Assembly: GCA_013239625.1 (NCBI GenBank)
Contig: MU053881.1
Span: forward strand, 10,840,873 to 10,904,872
DNA from: Lama guanicoe
Taxonomy: Eukaryota
Reading direction: 5' to 3'
DNA: 64,000 nt
The position numbers and the translations under genes were made by a program. Below the pieces are notes generated by a model. The model was not told the DNA's origin and did no database searches. It saw nothing but the letters and a program-made list of their open reading frames with translations. This document shows, in pieces, positions 1-12,579 of the stretch (positions are counted from its first letter, which is position 1; each line of letters opens with the position of its first letter).

Positions 1-874
1 TTTTTATATTATAAGAAACATACAACCCTGTGTCCTTTGCAAAACATTAATAATAGAGAGATTATCATATGAAAAAGCCACTAGAAACAGGGTGTTGCCG
101 AAGTGTTTTCTTCCCCTATTCATGTGACACTAATGCAACCTTCAACTCTATATACCAATTACTAAGATGGACTTTGCTTTTATGTTGTTGTTTTGTTGCA
201 ATTCTTTATAATGGGCAATTACAATATTACTGAGACATAATTTTTAGGTTATGTACCTCTTTTTTAAATCAAAGGAAAAGAAAACAATCAAGTTTGTCTT
301 AATAGCCCACTAGCTTTTATATTATAGTTCTCTAATTATATAACAAAAAGCACACCAGAAATTGTTCTAGATTATTTTCACATGTAATAATAATTTTATA
401 TACATAATTCTTCTTTTAGGAACCAATAATAATTCAAGCATACAACAGCGAGGTTAATAAAGCACCTCCTTTGATGTCATTAGTCCATTATAGTATTTTG
501 TGTCTTCTGTCAGTTCTGTTCTCTGGCCTCATCAAAAGCTTCTATCAGCAATAACTTCCTCATTTTTAAAGTAAGACCTTGCCTAAGGATGTTAGCATTC
601 TGCTCTGCATTTATCATGTGGAAGGGAACAGACAAAAACAGACTAGATGATCTGTATTACAAGGACACAGTTAAGAACGGGCTGGTTTAAAACATCTGAA
701 ACTTCAGGAATGCCCTTGAACTTCAATCTCTGCGTTTTAAAATATAATTCTGAAGTAACATGCATAAAAATGCAGAAAGAGAAATAACATATTCAGAACG
801 AAATAAATCAAAATTATTTCAGATTATTTTATCTCTAAATCGTAAAGTGCATAGCTGATGTATGATGAAGTAAA

Positions 875-990
875 AAGAAAAGACTTGGTTTGAATCCTCT
901 CTCTAGTTACTAGCTGTGGCTCTGGGCACTTGCATAACATGGACAAAAAGATGTCTCTAGAGTGATGTACGAGTACATGAATCACAGCCC
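875..990 (+). mobile_element. MIR SINE fragment
   Basis: AGACTTGGTTTGAATCCT...TTACTAGCTGTGGCTCTGGGCA resembles the MIR core; boundaries approximate. Confidence 0.5.
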
Positions 991-1499
991 CTGATGTGGA
1001 GTAGTTTGTTGGTTACTGGGCGCTACTTTCTCCCTTACGTCTGCATTTTCTATTTCTCTGTTCCTAAGACTTCTGTTATCTTGGACTCTTGCTTCATCCT
1101 TTGTTCTGCATCTACGCTATGCACACCGGCCCTCTGCAAATTCATTCACTCTTCTCCAACCCCACTGCCCCTGCTCCTCTCAATGGAACTGCTCCACCAG
1201 ACTTTTAATCTAACCTGCTCCACTGCACCTGCTTTTCTCAGTCTGTTATATAACTTTCAAAGACTTCAATAATCGTATATCAACCAACTATTCTGATTGG
1301 GCCCTTCTAAATTCTGTCATCTATGTTATGCTCAGAAAAAATTGTATTCACCGTGTCCCACAAAACTGTTCCAAGCCCTCTGTCTCAAATGCTCTGCTGT
1401 TTACAAGGCTGTAAACATCACTCAACTCATAGGGAAATGCCATTTTCTTTACAAAGAATTTCCAAATCTTCTTAGTTTTGAGTAATCTAATCCTCCTCT

Positions 1500-3560
1500 T
1501 AATTTTCAAATTTCAAGATAATATTATTTTCCTATAAGAAAATGTACTCTAGTTAATCTGGAAGGTACACAAAAGCATGTGATAAATTAAAATCATTTGT
1601 AATTCTACAACTGAAGGACACTATTAGTATATAGACCTGTATGCCTCTAGAGGAATAAACTACACAATGTATGTTCTTTTTTATATGTCTCTCCATTTGA
1701 TTATTTTAGGACACATGTGCAGAATTAAATTGCTAAGAAGAAACATTTCAAAAATTCAAAAACTTTTATTATATGTTGATAAAGTGACCTCAAAATGGCA
1801 CACACATTTATACTCCATCACCAATGTTTGCTAATCCCTATATACTCCCACATTTGCCATCACTGGAAAGTATATTAAAATGTTTCTGTATTTAAATCTT
1901 TCATACTTAAAATATTTGCCAGATTAATAACTGAAAAAATTTCCCCAAAGCTGTTTCAAAGTTCATTTCTTTGGATATTAGTGAAGCTAAGTAATTTACC
2001 ATTGCTTGTCATTTGCATTTCTTTACTGAAAAGTTGTTTTTTTATACCTTTTTGTCCAGTATTTTCTTTTTAGATGGTGACCTTCTCAAACCTTAAGAGC
2101 CATTCATAGAGAAAAAATAACAAACTATATTGCAGGAGTTTTCACTAGTTTTGCTTTGCTATGGTATTGGTTTGATGCCCAGAAATTCAAATTTTCATGT
2201 ATTTATATAGTTAAATCTTTTCATATATGTTTTGTGCCTTTGAATTTACAAATATCTGTTATGGGGACAAAGTGGCCAGTGGTTAAGGCAATGGATTGCT
2301 ATAAATATTTGTTATACTTCGAGACTAGATTAATATTTACCAATTATTTTATCCCTGGTTATTTAATAGTTTCATATTTATTTTGAATATTTTACATTTT
2401 AATTCTTTATTTTTTTAGTTCATGATGTATGTTATGAGCCAAACTGTGTCCCTCCCAAAATTCATATGTTGATGTCTTTATCCCCAGTACCTTGGAATGT
2501 GACTGTGGTTGGAGATATGGCTTAAAAAGGTAATTACGTTAAAATGAAATCATGTATGTGGCCCTATTCCATTGACTGGTGCCCTTGTGAGAAGACTATT
2601 TGAAGGCAATGGAATAAGACTAGTTACAAGCCAAGGAGAGCGGCCTCCGAGGAAACCAACCCTGCTAACACCTTGATGTTGGACATCTAGTCTCCAGAAC
2701 TATGAGGAAACACATTTCTGTTGTTAAAGCCATGCAGTCTATGGAACTTGCATGGCATCCCTAGAAAGTTAACACAGTGGAAGAGAAACAAGTCCAGTTT
2801 TCCTCCTTGATGAATAAATATCCAATTTTTGAACATTTTAAATATATGATGTTTTTCAATAAAGAATCAAACCATGTAATAAACTGTTATATATAATTAT
2901 ATATGTTTCTCAAGTATTTATTCTGTTCTATTAATCATGGAGTTACTGTATCATATTTTTTAAAATATTGGTTGATGCTGTCTCCCCGTCTTTACTTTCT
3001 TAATTAAAAAAAAAAAGTATTGACTCTTCAAGAATTTGTATTTGAGATACAATTTTAAATTAGGTGATCCAGTTCTGAAAACCAATAGTGATGGCAATTT
3101 TTAATAACTGAATTACTTTGAAAATTTGGGAAGAATGAGGTCTTTAGAATACTGAGTATGTCTATCAGTTAATGGTGAATCTTTTTATTTATTCAAGTCT
3201 TCTCTTAGCCTTTTAGTAATATGTGGAGTTTTCGTCATATGAATCCTATATATTTCTTCTCCTGTGTTGTCTAGTGTTTTATTAAGTTATTAAGTCATTA
3301 CACAGAACAATCTCATTGATTCTGATAATCTTATCTAACTTGTATAATTAAAAATGACAATTTGATCTTCTTTTAACATGTGAACCATGTTTTACTTTTC
3401 TTTTATTACATTAGCTATGCCTTCCACTGCAATGAAATCAGTAACGATGATACCAGAAATACCGTTTTAGGGAAATTCTTGTTTGAACATCAAAACAGAT
3501 ATCCATATCCTTGGTTGCATTCAATTTACATAGTAAGTTCCCTTGATAAGTCGGTGGGTA
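1500..3560 (-). mobile_element. Old, highly decayed L1 (L1ME-like) 3' region/late ORF2, interrupted by an MLT1 LTR
   Basis: T-rich antisense L1-like tracts (e.g. TTTGCATTTCTTT, ATTTGGGAAGAATGAGGTCTTTAGAATACTGAGT) on both sides of the LTR; recalled similarity only. Confidence 0.5.
2430..2776 (+). mobile_element. MaLR solo LTR, MLT1B-like
   Basis: TG...CA termini; TGTGTCCCTCCCAAAATTCATATGTTG, CAAGCCAAGGAGAGCGGCCTC, ACACCTTGATGTTGGACATCTAGTCTCCAGAACT and TTTCTGTTGTTAAAGCCA match MLT1A/B. Confidence 0.85.
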
Positions 3561-3745
3561 AACGGTTCACAACTCCAAAAGACAATGAGTAGTCACTGAA
3601 TTCGTCCATTAAAACAACTTTAAAATTGACATTAATAATCAGATATGACTCCCATTAATTTTTATCTCTTGACTAATGAGGGTTATTTCTTTGAATTATT
3701 TCAGCCATTGAAGCAGAATTGAAGATCCTACTACTCTTCCCCCAT

Positions 3746-3786
3746 CACACACACACACGCACACGCATACACACACACGCACACAC
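3746..3786. repeat. (CA)n/(CG)-interrupted microsatellite
   Basis: 41 bp of uninterrupted purine-pyrimidine alternation. Confidence 0.95.
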
Positions 3787-4054
3787 TGCACTGTTTTAGA
3801 AGGGCAAACTTAAAAGAGATCCATCCACGATCAAGACTTCATAATCACAAAAAGACAGACTGCTGTTTATCCCATCATGATCTAACCCTCTTCCTTTTTT
3901 TAAAACAAAAATGGTTCACAATGAAGACAGATAACTATGAATTCCACAAAGATGTAACACCATAATTTTGGTAACACAAACAGCCATTCTTTTTAGTCTG
4001 ATCCTCTTTTTATTGCACTTAGCACTTTCTTCATTGGAAAGTGTGTGTGTCTGT

Positions 4055-4208
4055 GTGTCTGTGTGAGCGTGGACCTATACATGTCTCCTTTCCTCTAATA
4101 GATCAGAAGCTCTTCAAGCATAAAATTCATGTCTAATGTATCCCGTGTTGCCTGAGACTCTAATAACATCAACACTGTGGAGACATTTAATAAATGCTTG
4201 GTGACTGA
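4055..4208 (+). mobile_element. L2 LINE 3' end
   Basis: TAGATCAGAAGCTCTTCAAG...ACATTTAATAAATGCTTGGTGACTGAA resembles the L2 terminus. Confidence 0.55.
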
Positions 4209-5361
4209 AAATTTATTATTCTGTTTTCTGACATTTTTATTTACTCAATGCTTTGGTTCTAAATAGTTATAAATTAATGTGTTTTTCCCTGTCACATGTA
4301 TTAGAAGAAGTATATTTATAAAGTGTTCTTAATTGGCTTGTTATATATCTTGAGGGAAAGTTGTATCTTTTTGTTAATTCCCGAAACATATTAATATAAA
4401 GAATGTTACTGAATATCAGGGCAAGGAACATTAATTCCTACCCCCTAAGATTTATTGTTAGTCATACCAGACCTTCAGAAATATTTAAATATACTTTTTT
4501 GAGAGCACTAAAAAGGTCATATGTTTCTCTCTCCTATTTTTTCTGCAGAATTGTTGTGTTTGTTTTATAAATTATAAATAACTTTAAATTTTTAATAAAC
4601 TGTATAATCTAAATACATTTGTATGAATAAAATTGTAATTTTAAATACACTATGCTTACAACAATTGTAGTAGGCTGCATAAGACCAGTCCTCAAAAGAT
4701 AAATCCACATTAAACTGAAACATCATGAAAAATGCATGAGAAAATGCAATAGGAAGAAACATAATTACTCTGGATTAAAATATTTGCATGAGGATGAGGA
4801 GAATAAAAATCTATCAAGTTGCTAGATTATATTATCTTCACTGTGACAAACACTAAAAAATGATTATGATGAACACCATTACTCTTAAAATAAAGGTTAA
4901 AAATGGGCTGAAGCCCTCACTTTATTCTGTTGGTAAATATTTGACATTTGACTCATAAGTCACATAAGGATATAAATAAGAGACACAGGATCTTGTAAAA
5001 ATAGAAGGCTTCAATCCAGGCTCCACGCTCAATATTTCCTAGATTCTAATTCAGATACTGCAGGTCTAGTGTGCCTATGGGTTATCTGAAAGGAATCACA
5101 AGAAAATTAAAGAGTGATCTTTATATTTCTATTGCAAAATAGAAATGCTCTTAGTCATCCCTAGGTTTCAGAAAATTGATTCAAAGCTACGAGTTATAGA
5201 CTGAAGCAAAAGTACCTCTGTAGCTTTATAAATGACACTGGAAATGGCCATCATTTAACCAACTTTGATAAATCATATAAATTCTCCTAATACTTAAATT
5301 CATCTAGAGAAATGTTTCTATTCAGAATCCTTATGAAGTGTCTCCTTTGCTTAGATATCCA

Positions 5362-5506
5362 TATTTTTTTAAATTTAATTTTGGGGGTAAGTCATTAGGT
5401 TTATTTATTTATTTTAAGTTTTTTTTTTTTTTAATGGAGGTCCTGAGGCTTGAACCCAGGTCCTTGTGCATGCTAAGCGTGTACCACTGAGCTATACCCC
5501 TCCCCC
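5362..5506 (-). mobile_element. tRNA-Ala-derived SINE, camelid Vic-1-like
   Basis: Minus strand reads GGGGGAGGGGTATAGCTCAGTGG...GCTTAGCATGCACAAGGACCTGGGTTCAAGCC...CCTCCA then an A-rich tail (Pol III A and B boxes); 14-bp TSD TGCTTAGATATCCA (5348-5361) / TGCTCAGACATCCA (5507-5520). Confidence 0.9.
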
Positions 5507-5534
5507 TGCTCAGACATCCACCTTTGAAGGTCAC

Positions 5535-5906
5535 TACGTTAGCTTGTCAGGGCTTTCACAACAAAGTATGACAGACTGGATGGCTTAAACAACTGAAGAT
5601 TGTCTTCTCACAATTCTAGTAGTCCAAGATCAAGGTGTCAGCATGACTGGCTTCTTCCAAGGCTCCTCTCCTTGGCTTGTACAGGGTCATCTTTTTCCAA
5701 TGTCTTCACATGGTTTTCCTTCTGTGTCCTAATTTCCTCTTTGTGTAAGGACACCGGTCATATTGGATTAGGACTCACTCAATGACCTCATTTTAACTTA
5801 ATTACCTCTGTAAACACTCCATCTCAAAATACAGTCATACTCTGAGGTACTGTGGGCTAAGACTTCACTGTACGATTTTCGGTAGGACACAGTTCCGCCC
5901 ACAATA
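5535..5906 (-). mobile_element. MaLR solo LTR, MLT1B-like
   Basis: GGCTTAAACAAC, AGTCCAAGATCAAGGTGTCAGCA, TAAGGACACCGGTCATATTGGATTAGG; perfect 5-bp TSD GTCAC at 5530-5534 and 5907-5911. Confidence 0.9.
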
Positions 5907-6569
5907 GTCACATTCTGGAAGAAATTTCCTCTAGAGTCCTGAAGATCACCTCTCCCAACCAGCCATGTTTCCAGGACTGCTATTTTGTAACAGGTTCTCA
6001 GTGTATACTCTGCTTTAACCTTGTTTATATAATCTGCCTTACATTCGATGTTTTTTTTTAACATCCTGGAAGGAAATGGCTGCCTCTTTTCTTTATTGTA
6101 ATCCCTATAGTGATTTTCCATAATTTATATCTCTTTCCTAGTATTGCCACGAACATTATTACTGTGAAGGTAATATAACACTGTGCCTGACAGATAATCA
6201 GCACTCATAATTCAATACACAATCATGATTCTTTTCCGTACTCCTCTGCTTTATACCTCCCTCCCTTGCCTTCTCCCTCCTTTCCTCTTCTCTCTCTCTC
6301 CCATGTGGAACAAACAAACGTTTCTAAAGATCTACACTTAATCAGTGGCTAGATATTTTCTCAAACTGAATGTGCTGAACTTTTCTCTTTTCCTCCAGGG
6401 AAGCTATAGGTTCCATAAGGGAAAATACATACGTCCGTAACCTTCCATCGGATTTTTTTCAATCTTTTCTAGGAATGCTGTCCATATTGACAGAACATTC
6501 TTTAATATGAATTTATCTTTTACCTAACTAATTTTAAGAAATAATTATATCTACCATTTCTTGAATACA

Positions 6570-6770
6570 GCTGTGTTCTTGGCTATGTTCTTGGTACTTC
6601 ATACACATAGTTGCATTTGATATGATAATAGCCAAATAATACAAGTGCTATGTTCAGATTTCACAGAATAAAAGCATCTTTTAAGAGTGATTAAGTAAAA
6701 GGTCACATAGCCAAAGGGTGGCAGTATTAGAATTTTAGCCCAGGTATCTCTATGTCAAAACTCTCTGTTC
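6570..6770 (-). mobile_element. MIR SINE fragment
   Basis: ATTTCACAGAAT...AAGGTCACATAGCC...GGCAGTATTAGAATTTTAGCCCAGGT resembles antisense MIR. Confidence 0.5.
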
Positions 6771-6831
6771 TTTTTTTATTATTCTATTATTTTCTTTGTC
6801 TTATGTCAACAACAATCATCAATGACATGAC

Positions 6832-7150
6832 TGTAGTCAGATGAACAGTATCAGTCTGATAAATTCATGTCTACCTTAAACGTATCTTTGAAATACGGTC
6901 TTTGTAAATGTAATCAAGTTGAGGATGTGCTGAATTAGAGTGGACCTAAATCCAGTAGATTGGTGCCTTTGTCAGAAGAAATTCTGCCTGAAGATTGTAG
7001 CAACAACTTCTGCCTGAGTTTCCAGCCTGCCAACCTGACCTATGGTTTTCAGACTTGCCAGCCCCCACAATCATGTGAGCCAATTCCTTAACAGAAATCT
7101 CCTTAAATAGCCTATCTCTTTTGTTTCTCTGGTGGACCCTGACAGACACA
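6832..7150 (+). mobile_element. Solo LTR, MLT2C-like (MLT1C-like 5' half, MLT2-type 3' half)
   Basis: TGTAGT start; TGCCTGAGTTTCCAGCCTGC...AGACTTGCCAGCCCCCACAATCATGTGAGCCAATTCCTTAA; ends in CA. Confidence 0.75.
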
Positions 7151-7645
7151 GGGATCCATGAATTCACTGCCTGTTCTTCTGGTTAACTGTCTCATCTCTC
7201 CAATCCACCTCAAAAACCTAAACAGTTCTCCTACGATGAAGACTAAAAACTGAAATTATCTTCTAAGTTAAGTCAGAAGAACTGGTCAGTGTCTTAGACA
7301 ATTTTTACAAGTAAAATTCAGGATACCCGTGAGTTTTTACACTCTACAATGTATTTTTCTAAAATACATATCCTAACAGAATTCTCATGCAATCAGAAAT
7401 ATCCTTTCTCATTGTTCATACTACACATTTTGAAGCAATGGAACATTGTGACGGCACATTTTATACCAAGTGATTTACGCACACCTGTCCACTCTGGATA
7501 AGATCTCCATGTGCTTTCCACATTTATGCCTCTGTTCCTCTTGGATATAAACATGTAATTAAGTAACTGGCTCGCTATACCATTAGTATTATTGTTCAAA
7601 TTTAACAGCCTTACAAAGAACAAATGAAAGGGGGTGGGGAAGAGA

Positions 7646-7796
7646 AAAAGAAAAAAAATTGATATGAAACACTCTTAATCAGTTTAGAACTCTTACATTT
7701 CAATGAATACTTAAGCCACGAAAAGAAAAAAAAATTGATATGAAACACTCTTAATCAGTTTAGAACTCTTACATTTCAATGAATACTTAAGCCACG
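7646..7796. repeat. Tandem duplication, 75/76-bp unit x2
   Basis: Copies 7646-7720 and 7721-7796 are identical except for one A in the poly-A run. Confidence 0.97.
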
Positions 7797-7823
7797 AACA
7801 CCTTTTTAAATACTTGAAATCAT

Positions 7824-10597
7824 CCTGTTTGTTTGTTTCCAAGTTTTATTGAGATATAAATGACATATATGGTTGTATTCGTTTAAAGTGCCCAACATAA
7901 TAATCTGATACATGTATATACTACAAAATGATTACCACAATAAGTTCAGCTAATATTTATCACCTCATATGGTTACAATTTTTTTTCATGATGAGTTTTT
8001 CAAATATATTTGAAACTTTCAAACATACAACACAGTGTTGTTAACTCCAGTCACCATGATGTGCATTCTTCCCCAGGATTTATTTACCTTATAGCTGGAA
8101 GTTTGTACCTATTGACCCAACTTTACTCATCCCCACCTCCCCGTCCCCACACCTCTTGTAACCACCTATCTATTCTTTGTTTCCATGAGTTCATTTTTAT
8201 TAGATTCCACGTATAAGTAAGTTCACATAGTACTTGTCTTTCTTGGGTTGACTTAACTTCATTTAGCATAATGTCTTCCAGGTTCATTCATGTAGTCACA
8301 AATGGTGGAATTTCCTCATTTTTTATTGCTCAATAATGTTCTATTATGTGAATATAAACACCACATTTTCTTCATCCATTCACCCAATGATGGATGTTTA
8401 GGTTGTTTCCAGGCCTTGGCTGTGATAACTAATGCTGAAATAAACACAGGGATGCAGACATCTTTCTGAGATAACGATTTCTTTACTCTTCAGATGTATA
8501 CCAAGAAGTGAAACTGCTACATCAGAAGGTAGCTCTATTTTTAATTTTTCCAGGAATCTTTATACTGATTTTCATAGCAGCTGCACCAATTTGTACTCCA
8601 ACTAACAGTGCACAGGTGTTCTCTTTTCTCTACAACCTTGCCTATCTCTTGTCTTTTTGATAACAGCTATTCTAACAGGTGTAAGGTAATATCTCATTGT
8701 GGTTGTAATTTGCATTTCTCTGATAATTAGTGTCTTTTCACGTACATGTTGGCTATCTGCATGTCTTCTTCAGAATAATGCTGATTCGTTTCCTCTGCCC
8801 AGTTTTTCATCAGATGGTTATTTTTCCTATTGTGTTGTATGTTTATTATACATTTTGGATTAACCCCTTATCAGATACATAATTTGCAAATACATTCTCC
8901 CATTATGTAGGTTGCCTTTTTATTTTGTGGATGGTTCCCTCTGCTGTGCAGAAGCTTTTTAGTTTGATGCAGTCCCACTTGTGTATTTTGTCTCATGTTG
9001 TCTATGCTTCCTTATCAAATCCAAAAAACAACTGCCAAGACTGATTCCAAGGCGCTTACAGCCTATGTTATCTTCTATGAGTTTTACGGTTTTAGGTCTT
9101 TCAAGTTTTTAATACCCTTTGAATTGATTTCTGTGAATGGTGAAAAATGGGTATCCAGTTCCATAATTTTGCATGTAGTTGTCCGGTTTTCCCAATGCCG
9201 TTTCCCAACCCTATGAAGAAACTACTCTTTCCTCACTGTATATTCTGGGCTCCTTTGTCATGAATTAATTGATTGTACATGTGTGGGTTTATTTCTGGGC
9301 TCTCTGTTCTACTCTATTGATCTATCTGACTGTCTTTATGCCAATATCATACTATTTTGATTACTATAGATTTTTCATAAAGTTTGAAATCAGGAACTGT
9401 GATGTCTCCAGTTTTGTTCATTTTCATTAGTATTGCTTTGACTATTTGGGGTCTTCTGTGGTTTTACAAATTTTAGGGTTCTTTTTTCCTATATCCGTGA
9501 TAAAAATGCCATTAGAATTTTATTAGAGATTACATTGAATCTGTATTTTACTTTGGGTAGTATGGGCATTTTAACAATATTAATTATTTCAATCCATGAA
9601 CATGGAATATCTTTTGATTGATTTATGTTTTTTTCAGTTTCTTTTATTAATGCTTTACAGTTTTCAGTGTACAGATCTTTTACCTCCTGGATTGAATTTC
9701 TTCCTAGATATTTTATTTATTTATTTTTGATGCAACTATAAATGAAATTGTTTTCTTAATTTCTTTTCCAGACAGTTTGTTGTTAGGGTATAGAAAAGCA
9801 ATAGAATTCTGTATATTGATTTTGTATCATCACCATGATTTCCCTCATACAACAACTCTTGTGGCAAACTAAGTTCTGGCATATCGTATCTCTATTTTCA
9901 TTTGTCTCAAAATATTCTTTGATTTCTATTTTGATTTTTCTTTAACCTATGGGCTGTGCACAAGTATGTAGTTTAATCTCCATGCATTTGTGAATTTTAC
10001 AGTTTTCTTCTTGTAATTGATTTCTAGTTTCATATCACTGTGGTCAGAAAAGATGTTTGATATGATATTCATCTTCTTAAATATATTACTACTTGTTTTA
10101 TAGTCTAACATATAATACATCCTGGAGACTGTTCTATGTGCGCCTGAAAAGAGTATGTTTTCTGCTGCTTTCGGTTGGAATGTTCTGTAAATATCTGTTA
10201 AGTCCAACCAGTCTAATACATCATTTAACTCATATGGTTCTTACTGATTTTCTGTCTGTCTGTCTGTTCTATCCATTGATGAAAGAGGGGTACTGACGTC
10301 TCCTACTATTACAGTCTTTTTGTCTATTTATCCCTTTATGTCTGTTAATATTTCCTTTATATATTAAGGTATTCCTGTATTAGGTACATAAATATTTACA
10401 AATGCTATGTACTCTTAATGTATTGACACCTTTGTCTCTTATTACAGTAAGGTTTTTCACCCCCAGGTGTGTAGGAGTCACTCAGCTAATTTCTGGATTT
10501 GTTTGAGAGGGAATTTGTCCACGTGTAGGTGTACATTTGGTGTGTCCATGAGAAGAGGTGAGCTCAGGAGCCTCCTATGTTACCATCTTGAACTGGA
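7824..10597 (-). mobile_element. LINE-1 (L1MA-like) with both termini and two large internal deletions
   Basis: 3' UTR plus late ORF2 (7824-~9830); endonuclease fragment (~9830-10448; ORF 9947-10207 DLTDIYRTFQPKAAE...IFSDHSDMKLEIN); 5' UTR start (10449-10597, CAAGATGG on minus strand); flanked by ACTTGAAA(T)CAT direct repeats. Confidence 0.9.
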
Positions 10598-10924
10598 ACT
10601 TGAAACATATGATAGCATCCCAGAAACTTAATAACAGACTTTTTAAAAACAGGCATCACCCTCCATCTCTGCATTTGCTAAAAATGTGTTCATATAGACA
10701 CGAAACCAGCAATCCCCTTGAAGGAACTTCAAAGCCATAATAGCTGATGCCATTAGAAACTTTTCTTACACAAAGGTATTTTGCATATTTTTGAACAGAG
10801 CGCAGTGGAGGAGTGAGCCCACCAAGGACCTGGGTGATGAGGCAAAGAGCATGTAGCCTACTGCAACACTTTGTGGTACATCAGGTTACAAACTTTATCA
10901 GCTTACTGCTTTTTGGTTTTTCAC

Positions 10925-11075
10925 AATATTCTACGCATTTATACATCATAGTATTTAATTCTTACAAAGTCCTATTAAAGGGGACTATGATGATATGATT
11001 ATCATTTTACAGAAGAGAAACTGAGAGCCAGGAAGCATAAGTAGCTTGCCTAAGGTGACACAGCTCTAAGTTAGT
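10925..11075 (-). mobile_element. MIR SINE
   Basis: CATTTTACAGAAGAGAAACTGAGAGCCAGG...GCTTGCCTAAGGTGACACAGCT is the MIR core in antisense. Confidence 0.75.
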
Positions 11076-11174
11076 GTTCGAAGTAATTCTGTCCCATAGT
11101 TTTAATATTATGTAAACAGCTCATAATCCTGTCTCAGTTCTAATGGAGAAATTATTAAAAAAGATGAGAACAAC

Positions 11175-11648
11175 TTAGTTTGAGTTTCAATCAGCACATA
11201 CTCTGAGAAAGGATTCCAATTCATGTGGTCAATTTGGAAAATGAGGAAATCACAGCTAGCTGAATGAGGAGGTGAAATAAGAAGACAATCAAGAAATGTG
11301 TCAACAAGTCAGCGGCAGAGTGAGTGAAGGCTGCTCTGTCTTGCTGGAGACAATCTGGGAGTCGGGGTAAAACCCAGACCCAAGAATGCTTCTACTTTGA
11401 GGGCTGAGGGCATTTAAACCTCAGTTTTTCCATCACATGTGACTGGTTGAGAGCTGCCCCTGGGAGGTTGTTAATGTTAATTTCTTACAATTTGGGGCTT
11501 ACTATGCAGGGGGCAAAGTAGTCTCCATCAGCAAGACAAAGCCCTGCACCAAAAAAATTTCCAGGCACTGGTAGTGAGTTACCTGGCCAGTAAGCTCTTA
11601 AGAGCCAAGAGCTGGGGATCTGGAGGGGCACCACCCATGCTGGCGACA
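11175..11648 (-). mobile_element. ERVL-class solo LTR (LTR33/LTR33A-like)
   Basis: CTCTGAGAAAGGATTCC...TGGTTGAGAGCTGCCCCTGGGAGG...GGGGATCTGGAGGGGCACC...GACA resembles antisense LTR33 family. Confidence 0.55.
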
Positions 11649-12579
11649 GAGATCTTTGCATAGTACCACAGCTCAGAGGAGACAGCTTCAGGGGAACAGA
11701 GGTAAGCTATCTATAGCAGAAGTCAGCTAGAACTGAATGGATGGACCAAGAAAGGAAAATAACGGAAGGTTAGAATTGTAGGACTATCTTAGGGCTACTT
11801 ATAATTCCCACTGGAAGGATGGCTTGTCTTGTCAATAGCAATACTTTCGTTATATTCTGAGAATACAGCTAACACTCTCTGCAGAAAATATTGACTCAGC
11901 CATTTCTATTTAGTATTTTTTATGTTAACTGGACTTAGGCCTTTTGTTAAGCTATATGTTTCCTAATTCCCTCCACTTTTTATACCATTCACTTATTTAA
12001 TCACACAGTGGTTTAATCAGTGTAAAAAGTCAATCCAGGAAAAAAAAAAGTCTTCAGTCATACACTGGCAGGTAATATCTTGCAGGGTCACTACAGCAAG
12101 CAGGTTCAACGCTATCTCCCTTCTTTGAGAATGTTTGATGCCTTTTTTCCTGGAAGAGCCAAAGTGTTTTCCAACTTGCAAACATTTTAACAAGGAAAAA
12201 AAGTAGTGCAGTCATCACTGCTAAGTTCCGTTTTTATAGGACCCAAGACATCAAAAGATAAATTATTCACCCCAAAAGCAAGTAGCATACCCTACACAAT
12301 ATTTGAAGTGTTCATCACAGAAGGAGGAAATGCTGTCCTGTCTCTTTCAACCAGAGGAATCTTTGCCAAACCAAGAACAGAATGACCCTCAAAGAAGACA
12401 CAGTCTCTATGCTAATCAGTCCTACACCTTTCAAGTGAAGGAAAGAAAAAAAAACAAAACTGATTGCATCAAATGGTGCCAAGAGAAACAAATGGAAGAA
12501 AGAAGAAGAAAAAGAAAAATCTATTTGAATTTCCCTTTGAAGCCAGAAGTAACAAGGGACTCCTGCCTTTTGACAATTT

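Noticed and set aside
7646..7796. CRISPR-like array (also 49792-49852 and 59080-59147)
   Set aside because: Only 2-3 copies, no repeat-spacer series, no cas genes, mammalian context
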